Assembly: GCF_006345805.1 (NCBI RefSeq)
Contig: NC_043016.1
Location: 21,948,001 to 22,012,000, forward strand
DNA length: 64,000 nucleotides
Source: Octopus sinensis
Taxonomy: Eukaryota
Direction: 5' to 3'
Below are positions 52,498 through 64,000 of this stretch, piece after piece. The translations under genes and the position numbers were made by a program. The notes beneath the pieces were generated by a model that made no database searches, was not told the DNA's origin, and saw nothing but the letters and a program-made list of their open reading frames with translations. The number at the start of each line of letters is the position of its first letter. The stretch's first letter is position 1.

Positions 52498-52689
52498 TTG
52501 GCGTTAGGAAGGGCATTGGCGTTAGGAAGGGCATTGGCGTTAGGAAGGGCATCCAGCTGTAGAAACATTGCCAGATTAGACTGGAGCCTGGTGCAGCCTT
52601 CTGGCTTCCCAGAACCCCGGTCGAACCGTCCAACCCATGCTAGCATGGAGAACGGACGTTAAACGATGATGATGATGATGATGATGATA
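52498..52689 (+). mobile_element. RTE 3' tail with an 18-bp triplication at its 5' end
   Basis: (ttggcgttaggaagggca)x3 then tccagctgtagaaac...(gat)n. Confidence 0.9.
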
Positions 52690-52714
52690 TTTTTCTTTCT
52701 TTACCATGGGGCTG

Positions 52715-52886
52715 GACAACATGGCTGTGTTGTAAGAACCTTGCTTCCCAGCCACATGATTCTGGGATCAGTCTCACAGTCCCACAGCATGGCACCTTGG
52801 GCAAATGTAGTCTACTGTAGCCTTGGGCCAATCAAAACTGTGTAAGTGAATTGGTAGATGGAAACTGAAAGGAGCCTATCATGTCA

Positions 52887-52941
<55 letters not shown>

Positions 52942-53105
52942 TCCCCAACCACTGCTTGACAACTGGAGCTGGTGTGTTTACATCCCTGTAACTTAGTGGT
53001 TCGGCAAAAGAGATTAGTAGAATATGTACCAGGCTTAAAGAAAAATAAGTACTGGGGTCGATTCATTTGACTAAAATTTTTTCATGACTACAGTTTAATG
53101 ACTAA
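52715..53105 (+). mobile_element. SINE family 2 with internal (TG)n
   Basis: atggctgtgttgtaagaaccttgc...ggcaccttgggcaaatgt...aataagtactggggtcgattc. Confidence 0.8.
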
Positions 53106-54699
53106 AAAATAAAAATTGTAAAAAGATAATCCAAATAATCTGCCCATATCTCACCCTTCACAGGATTCCTCAAGGAGGCCTGGCCATTTTTATGAATAAC
53201 ATAATATTTCTTTTGGGCCACAAACCACAAAACTGTGATGCAAGAATGGTACTAAATGTTATTGCTGGTATTGCTTAGTCCCAATTTAGTCTCAACCCAC
53301 TACACTTGTAATCAAATGTGTTCCAGTCTTGAGCATCTAGTCTCTTTTTCAGACATGGTGTATCTAGGACTATATTATAGAGTTTTGTTGATGATAATTA
53401 TGTTTACTCTGATCAGTCACACTCCTGAATGCAATGCATTTTGTGTACCACTACACTGATGTATTAACAATAATTTGTATCATTTACATATGAGAGGAGC
53501 CAAAGGTAGGAATTTATGTGTTTTTCATCCATTGACTATTTACTGGTCATGTTTTCTTTTACCAGCTACCTTTAGCCTTCTATACTACAAATCACCACAC
53601 TTTCTCTTCCAGTTCTCTTATTATTGACATTCATCACATTCTCTTACAATTGACCATTCCTATGACTATTTAACACTCATTATTTCTCTCTTAACAGCAC
53701 TTATGTACCTGCCTTTAGTGTCTATCTACCATTATCCATGCCATTACTGTTTCCCAGGCCATTACTTCTTCTAGCACAATTTCTCCTGTTTCTCTATCCT
53801 CTTTCACACTGTTCCATCAAACCCTCACTCTTTTCTCCTTTTCATCCTAGTTCATCTTCTGCAAGTACCACTACCTGTAACTGCTGCATTGGCCTCATTT
53901 CCCCAATGAATGGAGACCATGTAAAACAGTGAGGACTTCTTTTGTCATACAGGATATACAGCGACCTTACTAATAGTGGTCAATATTAAAATGCAGCCAG
54001 TATACTCTGTAAATTGTTTAGCAAATGAATGGAGACAATATAGAGTCAGGAGAATCTTTGTCTTCTCTTGTTGAGGATATGACAGCAACGTTAGTGCAAG
54101 TCTTATGATAAAATGTACAAGTACACTCTGTAAAAAAAACTAGTTGGCGTTAGAAAGGGCACCCAATCATAGACAGTCATAAAAACCATGCCAAAAATAA
54201 AAACTACCAGAAAGATGTGGTTCCCTCACACATCTAAGAGGGCAGGAACACCAAACAAAAACTGGCTCGTATTATGACAATACATCCATCTCATGCCAAC
54301 ATAAAAAGTGGGTGTAGAGCAATGATACTGACAACAACAACTATGATGATAATGATGATGATGATGATGATGATGATGGTGATGACAATGATGACAACAA
54401 CAATGATGATGACAATGAATGATAATAATAATAATGATTTCATCTATTTGCCATCAGGGCAAAGGATGAGAGGACAATACAAAGACAGACATAAAGTTGG
54501 GGTTTACATATAATGAAATGATAAAATAAAAAAAAATTTTTATGATAAAATAATTTTAAAAACTATACCATACATATACACAGTATATAATGAAAAGGAA
54601 GGGACAAATACATAGTATACAAAGGTTAAAGAAGAAAAAAGGGGTGGAAGTTGATAGAGAAGTAGTCCTCCTGATACAGGATGACCTCTAGGGATAATC

Positions 54700-55400
54700 A
54701 AGAAACCCCACTGTCCAAGATTTCCCTGAACACCAAGAGCAAGTGCCCTCTCCAATTCCTTCACTCTGACTCACAGGTCTACACTTAGAGAGGTACCATC
54801 CACTCTTACCCTTTTTGGCAACTTTCATTCACCTTTAATAAACTCACTCAAGGACAGAACTTCCCTCTCCATTCACAATTTCCTTTTCAAGTAAAACTTG
54901 AAGTAAATGAGAGCACTACCAAAGAGGAATGTATCTGTCATCATGCCTTTCAACCTTGTCCACCAAACAACCTATTTTGCCACAGCCACCAGGCAAAAGA
55001 AAACTGCCTTGCTTGCTTGACTGAAGGAGGGCGGCAGGGTAATCATCACTATGGACTCAGCTGATAGATGGATCCATCCCACATGTGAAAGCAGCTGTTT
55101 GACATAACCTCACATGTCAACAATGCCAAGACACTGAACGAGTGCATGCAGAATGGTTTCATTACTCTGCATGCACCTTGGACAAGTTCATCTAACAGCA
55201 CAGTTTATTTTCATCCGCACCCAAAGTCTCCCCTGTCATCACACTTCCTTGCCACTAATCCTATATAGTAGAGAGTTGTGAGTGCCTGACAACATTCTAG
55301 GTGCCAAGCACTCAGTCTCAGACCTTTCTTCATCCAGGAATGCAGCTCAGTAAAGGAGACAAGCTGTAGAAAGATGAGCCTCACAATTGTAACCTAAGAA
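54700..55400 (-). mobile_element. Old L1/Tx1-clade LINE 3' fragment
   Basis: Broken-frame translation resembles the Tx1 C-terminal zinc-knuckle region and downstream W-rich segment. Confidence 0.4.
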
Positions 55401-55499
55401 TGTGTTTGCACATCAGGAGCCCAATCCACCAGTCAGAGGATGCTGGCAACAGACTGACTGCTTGACCATTAGAACACGTCCCTTTCACAATAATAATTT

Positions 55500-55992
55500 C
55501 TGATTGGAAGTGTTATCATGTATATGTTTTGTCTTGGTATAAAAGATGGGCTACAGCAAATATTCTGCTCAATATCACAGAGTTGCTTGTTGCTTTCTTG
55601 ACCTTAACCAGTTGAGCATGTCCCTTGGTGGCTGACAATATATACATCTCTGATCAGGAGCAGAAGTAGTGGGGGTGCATCATAGCCATGTGTTGAGAGG
55701 AATTCTTTGGGGTTTGAATAATTCACCTCTGAAAACATGGGTGTGTTGTTCAACGTCCTAAAACAACCCTTATTAAGGGACCTTTTGAGTGGGATGAGCT
55801 ACACAACCTAAAGAAATTTCAAACTGGGCCCCACCTGCAAGGTCATGTGCTGTTTATCTTGATATGAGATCACTATGTTACGCACATATGGTTGTGATGT
55901 ATGTGCCTGGGTTACCTTTATCAGACAGGTATACTGGGCTTCGTATATTTTACCCCAGTGTCACTTTGATGGCATGCACTGCTCTCTCACTC

Positions 55993-56045
<53 letters not shown>

Positions 56046-56260
56046 ATGATAATAATAATAATGATAATAATAATAATGATAATAATAATAACAAAATAAT
56101 AATAATAATAACAAAACAATAACAATAATGATAATAATAATAATTAATAATAATAATGATAATAATAATAATGATAATAATAACAATAATAATAATATTA
56201 ATAATAATAATATTAATAATAATAATAATAATAATAATAACAATAACAATAATAATAATG
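55500..56260 (+). mobile_element. Unclassified non-LTR 3' end with long (AAT)n tail
   Basis: Complex sequence ending gatggcatgcactgctctctcactc, directly followed by ~270 bp of AAT/GAT/AAC repeats. Confidence 0.45.
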
Positions 56261-56284
56261 CATTTAAAGTGATTAATAACTAAC

Positions 56285-56535
56285 CTCTATACACAGAACT
56301 TATCCAGCCCATGTTGTATGATACAAACACATCATCAATGGGAAATTTAGGTTTCGTCAGATCATCTTCTAAAACTGGTTTGGGGCTGATGGGTTTATAT
56401 GTATCTTTCAAACGTTCAGGATGGATGTTAAGTGAATTCCCTGAAGTATTTTGTTCCAAATGAAATTTTATCCATTTGATCATATCTGTTGGTGTAGTGT
56501 AGATAGAACCTGCTGGTCCAGCAGGGTATATAGAC
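56285..56535 (-). CDS. Beta-lactamase/PBP-like serine hydrolase, internal exon (251 bp)
   Basis: ttttccag|G...AGAG|gttagt; SIYPAGPAGSIYTTPTDMIKWIKFHL...YNMGWISSVYR; phases match both neighbours. Confidence 0.92.
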
Positions 56536-56677
56536 CTGGAAAACAGAGAATTGAATTAAGAAAAAAAGAAAGGTGGAATAAGCTATCTAAAATATGGAAT
56601 TGTAGTCAAATGGTATGGTAGTCAGTAGGAAAAAGAGTTTGAGGGTGAGTTACAAAAATTTTTAGCCCTAACTCAAA

Positions 56678-56904
56678 TTAACCCTTTAGCATTTAATTCG
56701 GCTATATCTGGCCCAAATACTCTATATGTTTTGTGCTAAAACAGACCTGATTCAACCTCTCGTACCTATCCTATAATGTCATTCTAAAATCTACAAACAC
56801 ATCATTGAAATCTTGAAGCTACAAAATAATGCGTGATTAATTCAAAACAATGTAAATAAATAAGCATTACATTTGACAAAGAATTCTGAATGTCCTAGAG
56901 TTAA
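56678..56904. mobile_element. piggyBac-like MITE
   Basis: TTAA-ccctttagcatt...ttctgaatgtcctagag-TTAA: TTAA flanks and degenerate CCCT-type termini. Confidence 0.5.
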
Positions 56905-56939
56905 AGATATCAATGAACACACACACACACACACAGAAA

Positions 56940-57183
<244 letters not shown>

Positions 57184-57925
57184 TATGTATGTGTTTGTGT
57201 GTTTGTGTTTGTTCCCCCATCACCGATTGACCCTGATGTTGGTGTGTTTACGTCCCTGTAACTTAGCGGTTTAGCAAACGAGAATAAGTACAAGGCTTAC
57301 AAAGAATAAGTCCTGGAGTGGTGGTTGATTTGTTTAACTAAAGACAGTGCGCCAACATTGCTGCAGTCAAATGACTGAAACAAGTAAAAGAATAAAAGAA
57401 TGTCTGTGTGTATGTGTGTGTGTGTGTATGTGTGTGTGTATGTGCATGTATGTGCATATATATATAAATAAAGTATAGAAGCCATCTTATCATGGCTAAC
57501 CACATTGGGGAGGGGGTTTATGCTATATATATATATATATATATATGTTATATGTATATGTGTATGTACATGGGAGGGTGGATATGCATGTATGTGTTTG
57601 TGGGTGTATGTGAGTGCATTTATTGTGTATGTCCCTATTGCTAGAATAGGTATAACTATATCCTTGCATGTAATAAGAGGTAACTAATAAGGTTGATATC
57701 AGGATGGGCATCCGGACATAAAGGAAGGATGATGATATAGATGTGTGTATAAAGGTAGTTTTATGCATTATGAAAGTAGCTGTGTGTGTGTGTGTGTGTG
57801 TGTGTGCATATGACAGTAGATGCGTGTGTGTGTGTACATACACAAGTGCACCTATATGTATGTTTTTATAAGGCTGTGTCTCAGAATACTGCTCCTCGTG
57901 TTTAACAAGCCCAAAAAAAAACACT

Positions 57926-58341
57926 AGGCGTAGGAGTGGCTGTGTGGTACATAGCTTGCTTATGAACTACATGGTTCCAGTTTCAGTCCCACTGCATGGT
58001 ACTTTGGGCAATTGTCTTCTACTATAGCCTCGGGCCAACTGAAGCCTTGTAAGTGGATTTGGTAGGCGGAAACTGAAAGAAGCCAGTCATATGTATATAT
58101 ATATGTGTATGTGTGTGCGCACACATGTGTGTGTGTGTATCTGTGTTTGTGCCACCAACACCGCTTGACAACCGATGCTGGTGTGTTTACGTCCCTGTAA
58201 CTTAGCGGTTTGGCAAAAGAGATCGATAGAATAAGTACTAGGCTTACAAAGAATAAGTCCTGGGGTCGATGTGCTCGACTAAAGGCAGTGCCCCAGCATG
58301 GCCACAGTCAAATGACTGAAACAAGTAAAAGAGTAAAGAGA
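57926..58341 (+). mobile_element. SINE family 2, full-length (tRNA head, CORE-like segment, TG tract, CR1-like tail)
   Basis: ggcgtaggagtggctgtgtgg...gtttcagtccc...ttgggcaattgtcttctactatagcctc...gcagtgccccagcatggccacagtcaaatgactgaaacaagtaaaagag. Confidence 0.9.
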
Positions 58342-59011
58342 GTTGAATTTTACACAATCCGTTAAATATCAACTATCTTTTACTCATAAAAACCATTTCA
58401 GATCAATGCCATCAGGATCTAAATGACCTTTTTTTCTGTTTTTTATTTCTTTTCGGTCATCAGCAATTTCAAATATCATTAAATATCATTTTATCCCCCT
58501 TCCATTCTTCTTCTTCTGTAGTTCCCTCCTTTTCTGTCTACTTCTCCTCTAATTCTGGTCACTTTCCTCTTAATCCCTCGGTTTACTTCTGTTTCTACTT
58601 CTTTTTCTACTCTTTTTCTCTCTTCCACTTTCTTCTTCTTCTTCTTCTTCTTCGTCTTCTTCTCCTCCTCCTCCTCCTCCTCCCAATATTATCATCATCA
58701 CCATCACCACTACATCCTCCTCATTTTTTTCTTCTTAAGCAACAGTAAAAGACACATACCCATGATATCACATCAGGTGACCTTGAGTTTTCTTTCACTT
58801 TCTAGTACTTTAGGCAGCTATCTTCTACTGTAGATTATTTTCTCAAATAAGTCTCATCCAGTAACAAGAACTGACATTTTATATTAAGCAAAGGAAACAA
58901 AATGAGACTTAAACTAAAATAATGACTATATATATAATGTATGCATGCATGTATGTATGCATGTATATATATGTATGTGTATGTATATGTGTGTATATGT
59001 ATATAGATATT

Positions 59012-59059
<48 letters not shown>

Positions 59060-59185
59060 AATATATATATATACATATATATATATGTGTGTATGTGTAT
59101 GTATATGTGGATACATAGATATATATGCATGGATAATGGATGTATATGTATAGATACATAGATATATATGTGAGTGTATATGTAT

Positions 59186-59550
59186 GCGGAGGCGCAATGG
59201 CCCAATGGTTACGACACTGGACTCACAGTCGTAGGTTCGCAGTTTCGATTCCAGACCGGGTGTTGTGAGTGTTTATTGAGTGAAAACTCTTAAAGTTCCA
59301 TGAGGCTCCAGCAGGGGATGGTGGCGAACCCTGCTGTACTTTTTCACCACAACTTTCTCTCTTTCTTCCTGTTTCTGTTGTAGTTTAAAGGCCCAGCCTT
59401 GTCACACTCCGTGTCACACTGAATCTCCCTGAGAACTACTTTAAAGGTACCCATGTCAGTGGAGTGCTCAACCACTTGCACATTAATTTCAAGAGCAGGC
59501 TATTCTGTTGATTGGATCAACTGGAACCTTCATCATCGTAACCGATGGAG
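59186..59550 (+). mobile_element. SINE family 1
   Basis: Collinear with the reverse complement of 4465-4846. Confidence 0.85.
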
Positions 59551-59729
59551 GGCTATGTATATGTCGTCATCATCATCATCATCATTTAACGTCCGCTTTC
59601 TATGCTAGCATGGGTTGGATGATTTGACTGAGGTCTGGCAAACCAGACTCCAATCTGATCTGGCAGAGTTTCTACAGTTTACTTTTCAATCTTTTAGATA
59701 TCACACGCACACACACACACGCACACACA

Positions 59730-59782
<53 letters not shown>

Positions 59783-59824
59783 ACAAACGAACAGAGAAAT
59801 ACATACATGCATACATAATTTTAC

Positions 59825-60082
59825 CTGACAACCTCCATTCCAGTTTTCTTCAATTTTCCATGAACAGCAACATAAGGCATTGCAAAAGTTTCATTAAATT
59901 CAGTTTGATCAGAAAATCCACTATTTTTCATTCCAAGTGGAACAAATATGTAATCCTTGATCATTTCTTCCCATGTTTTATTTGTGATTCTTTCAGCAAT
60001 GTGAGCTGCAAGAACATACATGTAGTTGTTGTAGTTGAAAGTATTTCGAAATATTCCTAGTGCAGGCTGATAGCGAATCATT
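59825..60082 (-). CDS. Beta-lactamase/PBP-like serine hydrolase, internal exon (258 bp) with the YxN motif
   Basis: tttccag|A ATG...GTC AG|gtaaaa; FRNTFNYNNYMYVLAAHIAERITNKTWEEMIKDYIFVPLGMKNSGF. Confidence 0.93.
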
Positions 60083-60854
60083 CTGGAAAGAGAAGATAAA
60101 GAAATTTATGTTTGAAATTATCTCCATACATTGAAATTATACAAAATAAACACCAATTTGAAACAAAAAGGAAATGAAAACAAGCCTACTAACAATTCTG
60201 AAACATATCAATTTCTTAGTAGACAACAACATTACTAATTATAATTCAATCTGAAACGGCCTCTAGCTCAGATCAGATTCTTAAACCTATATTTCAGCTA
60301 TTTTATCTCCACAAAATCATTGGTTAGTCACTTAATATAACATGAAATATTATTCAACCAAGAAACTAGGTGTTCCACTTTGTTTCAAGGTGTTCCACTT
60401 TGTTTCAATTTTTGTGACACAAAATTACTCAATGAATCAAGGTATGAATTAGCTGCTTAGATTTTAATATAACATTAAAAGGACTTCATTAGCTTTGATG
60501 AGGAGTATTCAATTGTTCAATCAACAGAAATACCAACTCATTGAATTAACATAAAAGTGATTCAACATTCCACAGATGTGTGTACTCATACTGTAATTCT
60601 CAGGCAAACTCAACCTGACAAAGTGTGTGACAAGGCTGCACCTTTCAATTACAGGCACAATTCAGACAACAGGTTTCAATAGCATTTCTGTCTTCCCAAT
60701 CTCTTTCTTTCTTTGTTTCTTTCTTTCATTCTTTCTTTCTTTTCTTCCTTCTTTCTTTCTTTCCTTCCTTCCTTCTTTCTTTCTTTCTTTCTTTTCTTTT
60801 TTCCTTTCTTTATCCCTCTGGCCAGGCTTCCAGGGGTTCACCACACATGCACTT

Positions 60855-60899
<45 letters not shown>

Positions 60900-61144
60900 C
60901 ACATGTACATGCATTTATATATACACAAACACATATAAATAACAAAAGAACATTTTCTTCCAGATTTATATAAAATGTAAATAATCTTCTATAAAAAATC
61001 ATATCTGATGAGTTCCAGAAATGAATGAGATGAAAGTACTACTAAATTTTGACTACCTATTTTTCCTTATATAAAACCTATACACTACTTAAACATTCTA
61101 TACACACATACACACACACACATATGTGTGTATATAAATATGTA

Positions 61145-61195
<51 letters not shown>

Positions 61196-61204
61196 GTCTC
61201 TATG

Positions 61205-61620
61205 TATATCATCATCATTTTAACATCCACTTTCATGCTTACAAGAGACAAACAATTTGTTGAAGCAGATTTTTCTATGGCCTGATGCCCTTCCTCTCAT
61301 CAACCTTCACCTATTTCCAAATAAGGTTATATGTCTCCATATCTAAACATATTTTTACAGAAGATTGGAAACAAATGAAACTGCTCATATATCAATGACA
61401 TTCTCACCTATCACATGATATCAAGGCAAGGAAACAGTAGCATGCAAACACATACACATGTATGACAGGCTTCTTTCAGTTTCTATCTGCCAAATCCACT
61501 CACAAAGCTGTGGTTGATTGGCCTAGGGCTATGGTACAAGACACTTACCTAAGGTGCCACACTGGGACTTAACCCAAAACCATATAGTAACTTTTTACCA
61601 TACAAGCGCTCTTGTACCTA
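61205..61620 (-). mobile_element. SINE with family-2 head and RTE-type tail
   Basis: Minus: gggttaagtcccagtgtggcaccttaggtaagtgtcttgtaccatagcc...gtggatttggcagatagaaactgaaagaagcc, then aggaagggcatcaggccatagaaa...(gat)n. Confidence 0.65.
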
Positions 61621-61993
61621 CATTATAGCCACACCTACATCATAATCATAGCTAACACTAAGAATGCATTTTATTCCATCTCAAATTAGCTACCATAAAT
61701 TGTTTTTGGATATTTAAACTTCACAAACACAAGCAAAATGGCAATTCTATACATGTCCGACATCTGTCAAGCTTCAACATAGTTTCCATCTGTTATATTT
61801 GACTTGCGATCCTTGAGTTAACTTTTGGCTTCTACCTTAGTTAGGAGACAAAGTAGAAGATACCATACAGTAGGAATGACTCCTGATCTTCATGACTGTA
61901 AAGCAATACTTCTTAAGCTTCATTATAACTGAATCTAGCATCAATATAACTACACAACAAAATATATTTTCATTTCTTGGAAAGAATTTTTAC

Positions 61994-62170
61994 CGACTGA
62001 ACTGGGCTCGGGTAACATTCTTGTGAAATCCATATATTAATGGTTGGAAATAACCTGGCATTCCTGTACGATGACTCAGCATATCTTTTAGGGTCATATG
62101 GTCTGTTCTTTCTTCATCAGTAAACTCAAAATCTTTGATGTATTCTTTTACTGGAGTATCCCATGTAATA
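61994..62170 (-). CDS. Beta-lactamase/PBP-like serine hydrolase, internal exon (177 bp) with the L.SHRTG motif
   Basis: ttttgtag|T...AGT CG|gtaaaa; ITWDTPVKEYIKDFEFTDEERTDHMTLKDMLSHRTGMPGY. Confidence 0.93.
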
Positions 62171-62329
62171 CTACAAAAAAATAAATGTATATGTATTATC
62201 ATCATCATCATCATCATCATCATCATTCATCATCATCATCATTTAAAGTCTGTTTCCATGCTGGCATGGGTTGTACAGTTCAACAGGAACTGACAAGTCA
62301 GAAGACAGCATCAAGCTCTGCTGTCTACT

Positions 62330-62335
62330 TGCATG

Positions 62336-62384
<49 letters not shown>

Positions 62385-62398
62385 ATATACATATGTAC

Positions 62399-62462
<64 letters not shown>

Positions 62463-62463
62463 G

Positions 62464-62519
<56 letters not shown>

Positions 62520-62536
62520 GTATATATATATATGTG

Positions 62537-62580
<44 letters not shown>

Positions 62581-62583
62581 ATA

Positions 62584-62614
<31 letters not shown>

Positions 62615-62856
62615 ATATATCTATATATATATATAATATATATAGATATATATATTATATATAATAGATATATATATATAATGTGTATGGTGTCTGCATG
62701 AAGAGATGTGGGTGTGGAGATGTGTATGTGTCTGTGTATATATACACATGTACATATGTATATATACATATATTTGTGTGCGTGAGTGTGTGTTTTTGTA
62801 TGTATGTATGTGTGTGTGTGTATGTGTGTGTGTGTGTGTATGTATATATGTATATG
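62330..62856. repeat. (TA)n/(TG)n microsatellite
   Basis: Direct reading. Confidence 0.95.
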
Positions 62857-62858
62857 TA

Positions 62859-62978
62859 TTAGGTTGAGGAAAAAGTCTGTGCACCATGTTAAACATTATT
62901 TTAACACAGTATTATTTTTTAAATAATGCCATGTTAAAGTAATGCTTAACACGATGCATGAACCTTTTCCTCAACCTC

Positions 62979-62979
<1 letters not shown>
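62859..62979. mobile_element. Mariner-like miniature element (MADE1-like)
   Basis: TA|ttaggttgaggaaaaag...ccttttcctcaacctcg|TA: TIRs and TA flanks. Confidence 0.7.
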
Positions 62980-63023
<44 letters not shown>

Positions 63024-63309
63024 GGATACAATAGAAAAAGTTAAAACCAAGCAAAACTATGGTTAACACGTATCTATATGGGTTTTATTAAGATAGAAAT
63101 AAGAATTGTCCAAGCTGAAACATATATGTATATTAGAGATATAAAAATATAAAAATATATAAATACTAAAAATATTCATGGACATATAAATATATGGATA
63201 TATAAACATAATAATAATGGAATATAGATAAAAATAATAATAGAACATAGCTAAAAACGTTTGTTTTTTAAATTAAAGTATGATATAGAGAAAATAATAG
63301 ACATTAAAA

Positions 63310-63760
63310 TGAGATACCCCATAAGATACGCCATATAAATCCGAATAATATTGATAAAACAAAAATTATACATAGGAATGCAAAAACCTGTAATTGTAGG
63401 GGCCCTGAATTATGTCCACTCACTGGTTTCTGTTTATGTAAAAATGTAATCTATAAATGCAGTGTGGCAAATAACAAACATCAAGTTAGAGTATATATAA
63501 GAAGCGCTATAGACTTTAAGAGACGGTACAGAACATGTCTAAATTCTTTCAATAAGTTAAAATATAAAATCTCAATGGTATAAGCTAGATATATACATGA
63601 CTTAAAATTACAGAATATTAATTATAAATTATCTTGGTCTATTATAGATGAGGCCCCACCATACAATACGATTACGGGCAGATGTAGAATGTGCATAAAA
63701 GAATCATACAATATCCTTCACATGTATAATTCCACTGTTTTAAATAAGTTTTCTGACGCT
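63310..63760 (+). mobile_element. Penelope-like GIY-YIG endonuclease fragment
   Basis: KTCNCRGPELCPLTGFCLCKNVIYKC...VYIRSAIDFKRRY...YKLSWSIIDEAPPYNTITGRCRMCIKE. Confidence 0.8.
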
Positions 63761-64000
63761 ATTCATTCATGCAACCATAGATGCTACTCAACTTTCTTGA
63801 GAGGATTTAAATCTGAATCCACTTAGCAATAACCCTAGTAATTTCTGTTGCACAACTGAACATCCTACCACTTATAACAATATAATGCCAATACAAATAT
63901 AAATTTTAAGAAAGACAGTAAGCAATCTAATTTTACTCCCATCAGCCCTCATAAAGACTTCCATTATTTGCATAGCTATATCCACTCTTCTATAAAAGCA

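Noticed and set aside
60998-61040. CTGATGAG...GAAAGTAC hammerhead candidate
   Set aside because: Stem II and stem I cannot be formed convincingly.
62980-64000. Upstream (SxxK) exon of the beta-lactamase-like gene
   Set aside because: The region is AT-rich filler plus a plus-strand PLE endonuclease fragment; I found no minus-strand frame with the expected motif.

Overview
AT-rich animal genomic DNA. The SINE and LINE families and the very long (TA)n/(CA)n tracts suggest an octopus or other cephalopod; this is inferred from recognition, not from a search. Only one host gene is supportable: four 3' exons (62170->51525, minus strand, GT-AG introns, consistent phases, 473 codons) of a secreted or cell-surface serine beta-lactamase/PBP-like protein. 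Its N-terminal SxxK exon(s) should lie beyond the right end of the window. The rest is mostly decayed retroelements: RTE LINEs (one family with a PHD finger inside the RT), CR1-like LINEs, a near-full-length R4/Dong element, an L1/Tx1 fragment, at least four families of Penelope-like elements (PLEs), tRNA-derived SINEs, MITEs and compound microsatellites. The most unusual signals are several distinct minimal type-I hammerhead-ribozyme motifs (one downstream of a tRNA-like segment in a PLE 3' region, and an inverted pair forming a 155-bp palindrome), a C-terminal-endonuclease PLE with a telomerase-IFD-sized insertion in its RT, and the PHD-in-RT RTE family. Most long ORFs in the supplied track are microsatellite artefacts. 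Repeat boundaries are approximate and were read by eye.
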